From assembly GCA_002811645.1 (NCBI GenBank), contig PDIP01000004.1, forward strand, positions 152,929-216,928: DNA of 64,000 nucleotides. Reading direction: 5' to 3'. A model generated the notes under the pieces. That model was given only the letters and a program-made list of their open reading frames with translations, made no database searches and was not told where the DNA came from. The position numbers and the translations under genes are program-made. Position 1 is the stretch's first letter; each line of letters opens with the position of its first letter. The DNA is from Corallochytrium limacisporum Hawaii. Its lineage: Eukaryota > Protista > Pluriformea. This document shows, in pieces, positions 24,376 through 37,933 of the stretch.

Positions 24376-27300
24376 GCACATGATTTACCTAATGCACCAC
24401 ACGGTGTCAAATGTCAAGGCATGTACGATGCACCAGACTAACTATGGCATGATGAGATTGGAAGAGTTTCCCGAAGCTTGTTTCGTTAACCTTGGGAATT
24501 CATGCCTACTTCACATAATTTGGGAAGAGGAAAAAAAAGGGGGGGGGGGGGGATATCAATCGACATTTTTGGAGTGCGACATATGGTGAAAGGCGATACA
24601 ATTGATCAATGCCACATGAAGGGAAATATGCGTAGACAAAAGTGAAACGACGGGTTGCCAAAGAACCGGGGAAGCGCCAATATCTTGGAACAAAGTCACA
24701 CATTGGTTAGCGCATGGGCTTGGAACAAAAGATACCGGGACGGCACGCAGTCGCATGGGGCATAGAACGAACGGACATTGGGACAACAACCCGAGCAATC
24801 CCGTCCTAAAGATCGCTTGACAAAACCACGTAAGAAAGTCAAGGGTTCCTCCCGTGTTCTCGTATGCGTTTAACGACGCCACGAAGGTCCTAGACAAAAC
24901 GGATCCAGAGAAACATACACCGACCCGTTTCAAAGACTCCGCACCAGCCAAACAGAGTGTTTGCTTTAATTTGGCTGTGTGTCAGTGCAAAACCACATCA
25001 AATGGCCTAAAAACAGTATAGCCCCATTCCAGGTGCCGGGTAACCCGCCCCTTGGGGGGGCTTTTCAAAGTCGGAGCTCCAGTATGTAAAAGCCCCTGGC
25101 CACTTTTGCGACACGCAGTTTGGGATGTTCGCGCTCTCGGTTACACGCAACAACAATGCCCCCCCCCCCCGGGGGCGGGGAAGCCAGCCTTGACCCAACA
25201 TCCTAAGATGAGAATGTTTACTGAGTGAAATAGGCCCCCTTTTCTCGTCAGAGCGTAAAGAAAGAAGAGAGGGGGGGGGGTTTATTTTTGCCCCCGCGTT
25301 CTCCTGCATTTTCTTCCTCCCGCCGATTCTAACCAAACATTCGAGATCGCAGACCTCGGAGGGCAGAGCCAGTGACAATGCGTTCAACATCGACGTGCCA
25401 TCATCTGAACATCGCAACCCCATCAGAACCCTCGCACCAGTCAGTCCATGTATGGTACGAAACTGTCATACAGTCGTTGAACATACAATGTATCTAGGGT
25501 GCCCTAGGGAGGAGCAAGAATGACTACAGATTCGCGACCAGACAAGTGCGCCGGTAGGGGGACACGCAGCAGTGAAACACCGCAGTGAGAATTTCGGGCA
25601 ACGTAGGCTCCTTATCCGCGAACCACACACTTTATCCATAAATCCCCATTCATTAAGTATTGAGCTTATGCAAGGGAGCGGCAGAAGCACAAAGCGGGGG
25701 CCGGACGGGGGAGGGCTTCCCTTCCCCTCCCCCACCCAACCACCCTCAGAACGTTCCACCGGTTCCGGATTCCCTTTGGTTCCCCCTCTCCTTCCCCACT
25801 CCCGGTCGTCACGGCCACTCGGAGACGGGCAGGGAAGGCGCGGGAGGTGGGGGGGGGGTGTGGGCGCCTCGGTGCGGGTATTGTTGGTGTCCATCCGCAA
25901 CATCACACATGCACCGAGAAAATGGGGCAAAAGTTGACCAACCGTTTGGCTGCATGTAGGTTTAGCGTGCGCAGATTGGATCGTTTGACCGGCGTAGTGG
26001 GTTTCTTGTGCACAGCCTTTCATGGCCATTAGAAGCGCGGAGTGTTACGAGACAAGGTGACTTGCACAAGGCACCCGAGGTGGAACGATGCAAAGGGAAC
26101 CGGCGGCTTTACACGTGGATCATGCTCACTAACACACCAAGTCAATTAGGGTTTCCTGTGGGCATCACGTCCTGTGGGGGACAATTGTGTGACAATTCCT
26201 AAACGATGGTGTCCGGTGACGATGTTGTTCCTGGTGCCATCTATGGCTTTGCTCACGGCGGATATAGCGCATCCCCGAACTCCAACCGCGACCTTAAGGA
26301 GAGAGACCTGTTTTTGTGAGGGAACCAATCATTTCATCGCTCTTCTATTCTTGGTTCTGGACCTGATGGGAGGCATGGTTATGGATCGGATCGAACCCAG
26401 ATGCACAGAGGACAGTGACCTGCAAGGGAATGCGTGAGGTTTCTACACTTTCTCACACTGCGAATCCTCCCTGGAGGCACGGTGCAAGAGGACCATCTCG
26501 TGAATATACAAAAAAGGACTCCCATCCACAGACACAAAATTTGGTACCCATCGCACAGCCATGAAAGCACCAACGAGGCAAAACCATGGCGGCCACTTCG
26601 TTTAAGAATAAGCCCACCTGGAATGGCGTGTACCTCGGGGTCCACTTAGTCGAATCCGTGCTTTACCTTAGATATGCAAAGGACCCTCTTATCCATGTTC
26701 TTCGGTTGAGTGCTCTCATAACTACAGAAAGTTACTCTCTCTCTCTCTATGGACTTCCCTTGGCCATGTTGATGGTCGTCCTAGCTAACTCGGCCAGAAC
26801 CGCCGGCCATCGTCTTCTGAATCTGTAGGAAGAGTGACATAGGCAAAACGGAAACAAATCCGTGCATTGCACCGGCACCGATATTCAGAATATCCTGGTG
26901 CTGTTTTCTGTTGTGTTCCGCCTCCAGTGTCGCTCCCGTTCAGCAACCTCACGGGGCGCCCTGCTGCAAGCAAGAACGGCGAAAGTGGGCAGCCAACGCC
27001 TCCCAATAAAATCACAACGAGGCAAATTCCTTCCTTTTTCATCCCCTTACCCAGCCGCTGAAGATACAGACAGTGAACAGTTCATCACCAACATTCCTTA
27101 TAAGTAAACGTACAATTCCTTTTTGAGTAGAATGATGAGGAGAGGGCATTTTGACTTTGGGCGGGCTTGGAATTTCTGGCTTTTTGGGACCCGGGCCTGC
27201 CCAGCGAGAGAGCGTAGTATTCGGCCGTGTGAGTTGGTAAATTCGGGGTCTGGATTCTCAGCTGCTCAGTGGAAAACCTTTGGCGGGGTAACAAGCATAG

Positions 27301-30300
27301 AATGGAAAAAGGGCGAAAGCGGCCCCCCCCTCCCCCCAAAAAAAAGGGAGAAAAACTTCTCACTTTTCCTCACCGGCAGGGGGGGAGGGGTTTGAGCCCC
27401 GAAGGGCGCCAAGGCCAGGAGTCAACCCAGTGAACGCTGCGGGCAGCATGCGTTGGCATGAATAAAGCTCCCATACTACACATAAGAGGTTGTGTGGATG
27501 TCGAACAGTCATGTTTAAATTGAATTTTAGGGAAAAAACACACGCACATGAATTACTAGTGCCAACTCGTACAGGGATTCAGTACCATTTCTTTTGGCAA
27601 GCCCCACGGACGAAGGGGACAGATCTGATCACTGCTTGCGTGATCTGTTTCACGGATCCTCAAAATAGGCATCACTCAGAATGAAAGGATTTGTTGACTG
27701 AAGCCTTTCATCCCCATGAGGGTCTTCTTCTATCTCCCCGTTATTTCCACGGCACTGATGCCGTGGCCCCGCATCTGATGGAGAATATAGCGTCCGAGAA
27801 GTCATCACCCACATACTACCCACCAGAGCAACTTGTAGTGTCGTCCTAGTGGTGCGTGTGCCGTGCTATGACAACACTGACGGTGCCCATGATCTTCGTG
27901 CTTATTCCAACAAGCTGTCAACACTGCTCCGCAATCCCAATGAGACGATCGCCTCATCATCTCAAAAAACTGGCACACCCGCCGCCACCATTGGCATGGT
28001 CACCATGGTCAAGAAGGCATTCATGGCAATTAACCTACCCAAGACAAACCCTTCACTCTTCGACACCGCTAACTGTACACCTGAGCAATACCGTGTGCCG
28101 GAACCAAAACCATGCTCTGACCTGCGCGACTCTGGTGGTTTTGTCCATGGTACTGGAAACCACCGGCCGGTTTATCCGGGCTGCCAAATTTACGATGAGG
28201 CCCGTGTCGCACTGTCTTCACTGGCTTCCCGGTTGGTAGCTTGCAGCGGCCTCGCACAAGATCAATACATCTGACGGGCACTTGTTGGATCATTCCGTAT
28301 GTGGTTGGACAGCGTGTGTTTTATTTCACTCCCTGCGTCACCCTTTCATTCCAGGCAGACACCATATAGAGGTGGGTTTACCCGATCTTCATCAAAGCTC
28401 CACACTAATCTGCGGGGACCTGGCCACTATTCGATCCAGCTCCTTGCAACGCCGTCGATGCTTCAGTTGATTGCCCAGTTTAGCCCAAAATCTCTGCCCC
28501 AGGCCGCATATCACTACAATGGGAGGTCATTATGTGTGTGCCCACCGTTGCCTGATCACGGTAGGCACCACCCTGGTCACCGTACTAGCCCCCATCACTT
28601 TGATCACAATCGTTAAAAAATGTTGGATCTCTTCCTATACTAACCCCACCTTCACGTTGCGGACGAGATGCTATCAACCGTTCTTTCTGCAATTTGAATC
28701 AATCGGTGGGTACGTTAAGCAGGTTCGAGAAGCGCGCCACAAACCCCCACAACTGCTTTTTCATAGTAAATGTACGGTCAAAAACTCTTAACGACACCTA
28801 AAAAGGTCTCCTAACGTATGTGCCTCCGCCACAGTGGGTGGTCGCCCTGTTGCCAGCAGTGCCCACTGAACCCCGAACACCACAAGGTTGTGTACGTGTA
28901 CCGGTCTAGGTGCGCAAAGCGAAGAGATACTTGCGTAGTCCGGGGTCGCGATATAGGGAGACACTGAGAGTGCAGTGCAAACGAACGGGCAGTTGCGTTG
29001 GTGTTTTCGTTTTGTGCGCGCTCTGGGCCTCTCACTCCCGCTCTCATTCCCCTTGGGGACAGAGTTTCTCGGGGAGAGAATCGATGGAGGATCTTTCGGG
29101 GATCATATACACACGAAACCTTGTAGAGGGTTGTGCGCTCGAGCAAGCATGCAGAGGAGCGAGTCGGGGACCCCCGGCTTTTTGGCGAAGGATAAAACGT
29201 TCCTATATGTGCTATACACACACTCAAATGGAAAGGCTGGGTGTTTTGCACGCAGATGTGACAGATCCACAAGAACAAGAACACTGATCCGGAAATCGAT
29301 TCCTCTGAACTCATCCTAACGACTTTCCGAAAACGTGACTACAATATATACCTCGCACAACTCTACGAGCTTCGCAGTATATGCAAACCAGCCTCCGAAT
29401 GGCTGGCTACCCGGTGCCCATTAGGGTCCCCAAGATCTGCGAGCCCGCAGCGGGGGGGGGGGGGGTTAAAGTGTGTTGGGGGCTGCCTCCCGGCGGCCCC
29501 ACAGACGCAAAATGGTGCTATACTGGAAGTACTGCGGAATCGCCGCAAGGTGGAAGAGAAGAGAAGGGGAGGGGGTTGTGGGGTACCCCAAGGACCCAAT
29601 TCTGCGCTCGAGTATATAAATTCTTTGGACCTGGGAAAATACTCGGTGAACCGATTTCGCCATGGGCACTGACACCAGTGCGATTATCTCTGTTTAGGTA
29701 AAGATGCGAAATGATGCAAGCGGGCGGGGGTCCCAAGACTCTTTGGCTACCCATTGGTGCGGTCTTGGTCCGGTATGGGCGCAGTCTCACTCGCACACAC
29801 TCGCACTCTCGCACGCGAGGTCCGGCCATGCATTATTCCTGGAGATCACTCGTCCACCTTGATGCGACCTTTTTTTGGCATCACGGCAGATAGTGTGGAT
29901 ATGACCTGCACCTAGCATCCACAATGTCTGCGCCCTGCCCTGCCCCGGTGTGCGACTATCCCGTGGGTCGAGACCGCTGCATGTGCGTGTGTGGCCGCTT
30001 TGGTTGCGGACGGACACAACCAATCCCGGAATTTGACACCTGGTCAACCATGTGATGTGGCGCCCACGTAATACACATTGCAAACTACGACACACTTCCG
30101 TCACTTCCACCCCCATCCGACGAACCGGCTTGGTGCATAGTTCGAACGCTTTCACACAAAACTAAGGAGAAATTGACTGAGTTATCGGCCAGATTCTACG
30201 GTAACACGGGTGAAGCATTTCGCAACCAACAAGGAGCCCCTCCCCCNNNNNNNNNNNNNNNNNNNNNNNNNNNNNNNNNNNNNNNNNNNNNNNNNNNNNN

Positions 30301-30675
30301 NNNNNNNNNNNNNNNNNNNNNNNNNNNNNNNNNNNNNNNNNNNNNNNNNNNNNNNNNNNNNNNNNNNNNNNNNNNNNNNNNNNNNNNNNNNNNNNNNNNN
30401 NNNNNNNNNNNNNNNNNNNNNNNNNNNNNNNNNNNNNNNNNNNNNNNNNNNNNNNNNNNNNNNNNNNNNNNNNNNNNNNNNNNNNNNNNNNNNNNNNNNN
30501 NNNNNNNNNNNNNNNNNNNNNNNNNNNNNNNNNNNNNNNNNNNNNNNNNNNNNNNNNNNNNNNNNNNNNNNNNNNNNNNNNNNNNNNNNNNNNNNNNNNN
30601 NNNNNNNNNNNNNNNNNNNNNNNNNNNNNNNNNNNNNNNNNNNNNNNNNNNNNNNNNNNNNNNNNNNNNNNNNNN

Positions 30676-30762
30676 CCTTTCCTTTCCTTTCCTTTCCTTT
30701 CCTTTCCTTTCCTTTCCTTTCCTTTCCTTTCCTTTCCTTTCCTTTCCTTTCCTTTCCTTTCC

Positions 30763-30794
<32 letters not shown>
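30676..30794. repeat. (CCTTT)19 pentanucleotide satellite followed by (CT)n; abuts an N gap, so probably longer
   Basis: 19 perfect CCTTT units at 30676-30770, then a CT dinucleotide run. Confidence 0.95.
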
Positions 30795-30795
<1 letters not shown>

Positions 30796-33700
30796 CTTCC
30801 TCAGTCTCACTTCCCCCTTTTTTTTTAATTCCTTGACTCTCCCTTCCCAAAACCTATCTCTCTCTCTCTATTTTGTATACCGGATCTTCAGGTTTTAACA
30901 CACCTCCTCTGAACCCAGCAAAGACAAAAACGAATTACTCTGCTCGTGCCAGCTGCAAGGTTTAAAATTGGCCTTCCCGGCATTTTATTTCTCTCCTGCT
31001 CTTTTATTTTCTCTGGTTCTTTCCCATTGTTTCTGTTTAAAGTTTAATATACCGACAACTCTCTCTCACTCTCACTCTCACGATCTTTCCTCCTACTCTC
31101 TCCCACATAACCCCGCCCCTTCCCTGGGTTTCCGGGAACACCGTGGATAAGTATTTCCCTTTTGTGTTTCTTTTCCTTTCTTTGGTTGCTGTTAATCTTC
31201 TACTTTTGTGTTTCCCTTTTTTTTTCATTGGGTGGTACCCCCCCCCCCCGGGGGCCGTGCGACGCGGGAGATCCCATTAAAACTCCACCACGGAAACCTG
31301 GCACTGGGGACCTCACACGCCCGGTGGGGGCCCCCGTCGAGGGGTCTTTGCCAATCGCTGTTTAAGGGCAAAAGCCGGGAAGGGCAGGAGGGAGGGGGGT
31401 ATGGGGGGTTTTTTAAAATTTCCTTTGGGGTTAAATCAAAGAAGAACAGCCAAGAGTAAGTGCGGAGTGTTTTTTTTTTTGGGTCAAAGTTTTTGTGAGA
31501 GAGAGAGACAGCGAGCGAGAGAGAGAGCGAGAGATAAACTCTTAGAGCTCCGGGGACCCGAGAAAAAAATCTCCCCCCCTTCCCTCCTCCTTCCTTCCAG
31601 CCGGCCTCCCCTCGGAGTCCTCCGCACACACCACCAATTCCAGAGCACTGCGGCTTTTGTTTGTGAATGTGCGGCTGCGAGTGCGAGAAAGACTTTCTTC
31701 TTTTGGGTTTTCTCGGGTCGAGCGGGTGACCGGTGGCTTTTCTCCCTTTAATTTTTGAATTTTTGGACGGAGGGATGGGAGAGGAGGGAAGGTCTCATTC
31801 CTTTCTTCTTTTTTCTTTTTCTTTAAATTTCTTTTGGGGGCGCTGGAACTGCCTGCCAAATTTTCTGCCGTGCGGGAGCACTCCGAGTTCTTTCTTTTTT
31901 TTATTGGAACAATGTCGCCAAGAAAACGCCGTGATTTTCTCCGAATGGAAGGTGGTGACTTTGCATTGCTTCTCTTTTTCCCTTTTTTCCACCTTTTTTT
32001 TCTCCATTTCCTTCTCTTTTCTTTTCGTTTTTTTTTGTTATTCGTTGATTTCTCACTTTTATTTGCTTTTCTTGCCTGGTCTCATCTGGCGTTGCAGGTC
32101 TCCCCTTTTCTTTATTTTCAAAGTTTTTCTTGATGAAAAAAAATGTCCATACTTGCCCCAAACTACCTCGCCGTTCTAAGTCTCTGTGTTTCCTAATTTT
32201 CGCTCTCTCTCGCTCTCTCTCTGCGGGCACGCATCTACCTCTGGGCGCACGCATCGCATTTGCTCACGCGGCCGCAAAGGGAAAAATTAAAGGAATATCG
32301 CACCCGCGAGTCGGTTGTTTCAAGCCCCGGAACGGAGGTTTTAAACAGGGGCCTATTTTCGTGATCAACAGAAAGATCACGAATTTGAAACATGCGAATG
32401 TCAAGCACTCCGATGGCAAACCAACCAAACCAAGCGGAGATCGGAACAATTACTCAAGCGGAAGATACCTAATACAATAACAACCGAACAACTAAAAAGG
32501 ACCAAAATTTTATTGGACTGTGGGGACGCTCGCGTTAGCAGGCTTCTCCTGTCGCCCTCTCCCTGGCCTTTTTGGGGGAGGTCTCCCTCCCCCCCCCCTT
32601 GGGTCCCGATTGCGAAAAAAAAGAAAAAAATAGCCTGCAAAATACCCCATCCAGCACCGCCCTTTGGCCTCTGCTTGCGTGGGTCGGCCTGGTTGCTCTT
32701 CACTTCTCTCTTGGTGGTGGTGGTGGTGGTGGGTCCGTTAACTTTTAAAGAAAATCATCGCTTTTTTTTCTAACTACCGAGCCCGCATCATCACCAAAAG
32801 AGAGAGACAGCGAGAGAGAGAGAGAGAGTGGGAGAGAGAGAGAGTGGGAGAGAGAGAGACAGAGCCGAAGAGGAGAGAAGCGTGTGTGTCCGGGCAAGCC
32901 ACCAATGCGAGCGCGCACACGGGTAAAAGCTCAAAAATCTAAAAAAAAATGAAGAAAAGGGGGTAGGTCCTGGCGTACCATTATCACCTTTTTGCACCAT
33001 CCAGTCCAGCATATTTTTCGTTTAAGGAGGCGTGCTGGAGTCTGGGTCTTTATCGGCCCCTCCCCTTTTTTTCGTGCTTCTCTCGCTCTCTCTCTCTCCT
33101 TCTTTTTAATTTGGGGGAGTATCCAGTGCTCTGGACTGCGGTGGGGAGGGAGGAGAGATCGGTGTAGGGAGACAGAGAAGGGGGTGGGTTGGTATAGGAG
33201 CGAGAGGGTGGACCATCCCTGCACCATCCCGGGTTTGGCCCTTGTCCAAAAATGGCCCGTTTTATCTTCTGCTGAGAGGTCGTCAGGAGTTTTTCTTTGA
33301 GGGTTCGCCGCCGCACATTGCTTTTTTTCTCCATACATTTTGGCCTTGGTCCCCATACGCTCTTGCTGGTGATCACGAGGCGAGCGCGGAGCGGAGGGTT
33401 TGGGTATCACCCGGCCCCCGGCAGCGGCCGACAAATCGAGGAGCACAGAGAGCAGAACTGCAGAGAGAGCGCAGAGAGCGCGAGAGAGAGAGAGCGCAGA
33501 GAGCGAGAGGACCCGACCGTCAACCGCCAACTCTCGCCCGATCGCAAACAAAAAAAAAGTTTTCAGGGTTAGCTCCTGCTCCACACGTGTACTACATTCC
33601 TTCAAAATTAATGAAACTCTCTTGTGAATTCAATATTGAGTCTACTGGAGAGTTGGGAACTCTCTTTAATACCGCCTGTCTGCACAACGTTCTAAGCACG

Positions 33701-34480
33701 TCTTCCCTTTCGTCTGAGTCTCTCTGTGCGCGAGTGTGAGTGAGTGACTGAGTCCAAGGGGTTTTCTTCCGTGCTCTTTCTATTTCTTCCATACTTCGAC
33801 CATGCATTTTGTTCCTCATTTTTTCCTCTTTATTTTTTTGCTCATTAGCTTCCTTTAATTCTTAAGTGGATCACACTGGCTGCGCGGCAACCCAGATCTT
33901 CTGTTCTGTTTAATACTATCCTCTGAGTTGAATGTATACTCCGTATCCAACCAAAATTTTCGTTCGAAAATATATACCGGATCGTGATTTATATGATTAT
34001 TTNNNNNNNNNNNNNNNNNNNNNNNNNNNNNNNNNNNNNNNNNNNNNNNNNNNNNNNNNNNNNNNNNNNNNNNNNNNNNNNNNNNNNNNNNNNNNNNNNN
34101 NNNNNNNNNNNNNNNNNNNNNNNNNNNNNNNNNNNNNNNNNNNNNNNNNNNNNNNNNNNNNNNNNNNNNNNNNNNNNNNNNNNNNNNNNNNNNNNNNNNN
34201 NNNNNNNNNNNNNNNNNNNNNNNNNNNNNNNNNNNNNNNNNNNNNNNNNNNNNNNNNNNNNNNNNNNNNNNNNNTATATGATTATTTATTCGATTCAACA
34301 GACAAATGTAAATGTTAACTATATAATGAAATCAATGAGGCAACTAAAATATTCGAATCACTGAGCACTTCGTTTCTGTGTTTCTGGATGTTCCGCTTGT
34401 TTGCGGGGTGATGTTGTCAGACCTGTGCTTGACCACGGTCATAACAACTCTCCAAGGGATCAAATACGTTGCCAATATCA

Positions 34481-36051
34481 TTAAAGCAGTCTGTTTAACC
34501 ATTGCAACCCTCTCATTGGTGTTGTTTGGTATGAGACCGGGGGATCTTGCCGACAGTTGTAGTTGAGACACGTATCTTGGACTCCCAGAATACATCCAAG
34601 CGATGTGGATTCGTCATCGTTCTCATCTTCATCAGTGTCAGAATCTTGTCGGTCATCTTGATCCGCTCTTGACACACAATTAAACCCGTTCATATATGCC
34701 AGAGCCTCACGTATGAGTGCGTCGTCTATAATTGCCTCACCGTAGTTCAAGTGTCCAGACGGTGTCTTTCTCGAGTGCGGTAGTTTGAACGTATTCCCAC
34801 CCTTGTGCTCCAAGATCTTTACCATGACATCTTGTAAGGTTCTAAAAGCTCTGGCAAGGCAATCAGGATCCCAATCTTTCCATGCAGTTAAGACAGTCTC
34901 CATAACTTCCTCTATAGTGTTCATCTTCACTAGACTCGGACTTGGCCGCGCCCTGTCCAGAGAGCGGAACAAAGACAAATCAAGAATGTTTAGGTCAGGG
35001 CTCAGTTTCGGCTGGAAGCGCAGCCGAAAGTCATAGGAGGTATTCTCAAGCCAGCGACCATGAACCTGTTCCCATTCTGTCTTCAAGCTTTTCTCCAAGG
35101 CACAATGGGGTCGTGCATTATCAAGCCAGATGTAAATCGGGCGCGACTTAGGCCACGTTGTCGGCCACTTCTGCACCACCGAAGGGAACAGCACTTGATC
35201 AAAGAAAGCGAGTAGTGTTCTGCCAGTCACACTCACAGGTTTCACGACTTTGTCTCCTCGATCACGGTTCTTGCTCTTTCGTTTCGCTACAGTCTCTTCT
35301 ACACAAGGATGACAAACCAACTTTCCATCGAATTCGTTCTCCTGAAGACCGAAGCTCGAGACCCATGTCCTAGGTTTTGCAACAGCAGCAATAAACATAG
35401 ACTTTATGCTCTCGCTGTGGCCCCTATTGACATGTTGGACTCTTCGCACATTCTCTTCATTTCCTGCATATGCTATGTTCAGGTTCTTAACGTGTGGATA
35501 GAACCACTTCTCGTCGATGAAGATGACGTCGTCGAAAGGAGGAAACCTTCCTTCGTCGGCGATCAATTCGAGAATGAATTTTACTCTGCTCTGCATTGCA
35601 TCACTGTCCAAATATATTTTGCGTCTTACTTTGCAAACCTGCAAATCTCCTGACTGTTTCCTTCTCCTGATCAGAGATTCACTTACCTTTACCCCGCTTT
35701 GCTCGCTCATGATAGCCGCCAATTCTCTGTATGACCGGTATCTGACACCACCATTTTGGAGCGGACTCAAGGACAGTTGTTTCCTCGGACGGCCAGTGCG
35801 CTTTTTGGGCTGGAAAACATCTGGTGTCGTCACATCGTCTCCCTTTGCTTGTGCCTTACTCTTCGCCTTCACGTACTGATTCCAAAGCTTTCGCACAGTC
35901 CTAGGCTCGGTGCCGGATAACTTACAAACTTTGTCGGTCAACCCGTTTGGAAGTTTCTTTGCAAACATATCAGGGGTCTTTTCCACGTCGCGTGCAGCGG
36001 ATATGCCTTGTTTCAGCAGGCCAATGACCTTGTCCTTAGTTTCCGGTGAAA
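34481..36051 (-). mobile_element. Tc1/mariner-superfamily transposase, plant/oomycete mariner-like, DD46D catalytic triad; N-terminus lies in gap 36052-36336
   Basis: Open frame of over 520 codons with N-terminal HTH-like segments, a GRPRK linker, VIFIDEKWFY, KSMFIAAVAKPR, FDGKL, AKRKSKNRDRG, WLDNARPH, QPKLSPDLNILDLSLFRSL and HKGGNTFKLPH. These are hallmark motifs of the DD39D-type mariner clade. TIRs were not found. Confidence 0.92.
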
Positions 36052-37125
36052 NNNNNNNNNNNNNNNNNNNNNNNNNNNNNNNNNNNNNNNNNNNNNNNNN
36101 NNNNNNNNNNNNNNNNNNNNNNNNNNNNNNNNNNNNNNNNNNNNNNNNNNNNNNNNNNNNNNNNNNNNNNNNNNNNNNNNNNNNNNNNNNNNNNNNNNNN
36201 NNNNNNNNNNNNNNNNNNNNNNNNNNNNNNNNNNNNNNNNNNNNNNNNNNNNNNNNNNNNNNNNNNNNNNNNNNNNNNNNNNNNNNNNNNNNNNNNNNNN
36301 NNNNNNNNNNNNNNNNNNNNNNNNNNNNNNNNNNNNAGCACTCGCATTTCATAGTAATAGTATGTCCATGCCGGGTATAGATGGATTAGATGGAGCAACT
36401 TGTGAACGGACAACAAGAAAAAACAATTTTTTCAGGGGGTCCTGGCACTTCGTTTTGTGCCGGAGTGGCTCGCACAGAAGCATAGGTAACAATCACCACT
36501 GCGCCAACAATCGGCATTCATCCGGTACTTAATCTATACCATCAATACCCACCAACATTCCCGAATTTGCTTACTACTTCTCAGGGGTGCAGTCAAAAAA
36601 ATAGCCACCGCCGGCACCACTACCCCCCTTCTCCCCTCCTTCGTCCACGCACCACCACCGAAGAAAGTCAACGGTGGTCTCCCCCGTTCACAGGGCGGTT
36701 GCTGGCGAAACACAGGCGGCGCGCACTGAAGCGAAGGAAACCAGGCGAGGCGGAGAGGGCGAGGGTGGAGGAGGTGTGTGGGGGGGGGGGAAAGTTTGCG
36801 TTGGCTCCCCCTCGCTGGGGGGGGGGAAGTGTTTGGCCGGGCCACCGTGGATTGAAGACACGTCGTCGTGTCAGTGCGGTTATCTGTAAGGGCGGATAAG
36901 TATAGTGGAACAATGTAAGTTACAGACGGTGAAGTGAGCATTCACGGACAAAAAGACAAGAGCAGGCAGAGAGACCCCAGCACCTGGGACACACACGAGA
37001 CTTCACTCGGTGCGCTTTCTCTCTCTGATCGCCTCCCCCCTCTTTTCCCCCGAAGGGGGCGGGCAGGTAGGGACTCCCCCCCTTTTCGACCGCCCTCAAA
37101 GGACGTAGGGACTTTTGAAGTTCAC

Positions 37126-37130
<5 letters not shown>

Positions 37131-37169
<39 letters not shown>
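37131..37169. repeat. (TC)n microsatellite
   Basis: Directly visible TC run. Confidence 0.9.
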
Positions 37170-37172
<3 letters not shown>

Positions 37173-37933
37173 TGTACAAACTCCCGAACCCGTTCCCCCC
37201 CCCTCTCCCCGGGGGGCTTTGCCGGTGGTACCTTTCCTCGCACAACACACAAAAAGCGCCAGCAAAAACCCACCGGTCCGTTACCCTCCGCCGCGAGTTT
37301 GTGGGGGGGTGGCTCCCCCACCGTGAAGCCCGCAGAAAGAATTTCCTTTGGCTTCCCCGCCAGGCTTTTTGCAACTTGAGGGGTGGGGGGGGGGGAGTTT
37401 GAAGTAAGGGCCTGCCGGCCACGGGGTATGTGCGGTTTAGGGGACACCTTTTGATTTTGTGGAATCGTTTGTTGTACAGATGAAAAAAGGAGACAATGTC
37501 TTGTTGAAATGGATACGAGGCGGCAGATGACATTTGGACGACATCATTTTCTTCACTAAGTCACAAATCTCGGGGTCATCTGAATGATGAACGATGATGG
37601 CATAGCTATTTCAAAATGACTATATATGCGTCGAGCAAGACATAGCGCCCTAGCAAATACATCACTCGGACTGCATGCGTCATAGATCGAGAAGACAAGT
37701 GATTGAGAGAGAGAAAGGAAGAAGAGAGAGAGAGAGAGACAGACAGAGAGACAGACAGAGAGACAGAAAGACACGGCGACTGCGATACGATACACAAGCA
37801 GTGGTTGGCGAAGACTAAATTATGCAACATGGGACGCAGATGTTAGTTGAATGTGAGGCCAAACTTAGCTGGTCACGGGAGTAGTCGATTACAAAACTTG
37901 CATCGGTCTCATCCCAATAAGAAACAACCAGTC

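Noticed and set aside
30173-30898. ORFs spanning N gaps or microsatellites (LSFPF/ERKGK repeats and other X-rich ORFs)
   Set aside because: Open only because Ns and simple repeats contain no stop codons.
32358-32383. 9-bp inverted repeat TTCGTGATC...GATCACGAA as an ncRNA or terminator hairpin
   Set aside because: A single short hairpin with no tRNA, snRNA or rRNA context; expected by chance in 64 kb.
33990-34287. TATATGATTATTT on both sides of gap 34003-34274 as a target-site duplication
   Set aside because: The copies touch the gap edges, which indicates overlapping contig ends. Mariner TSDs are TA, not 13 bp.
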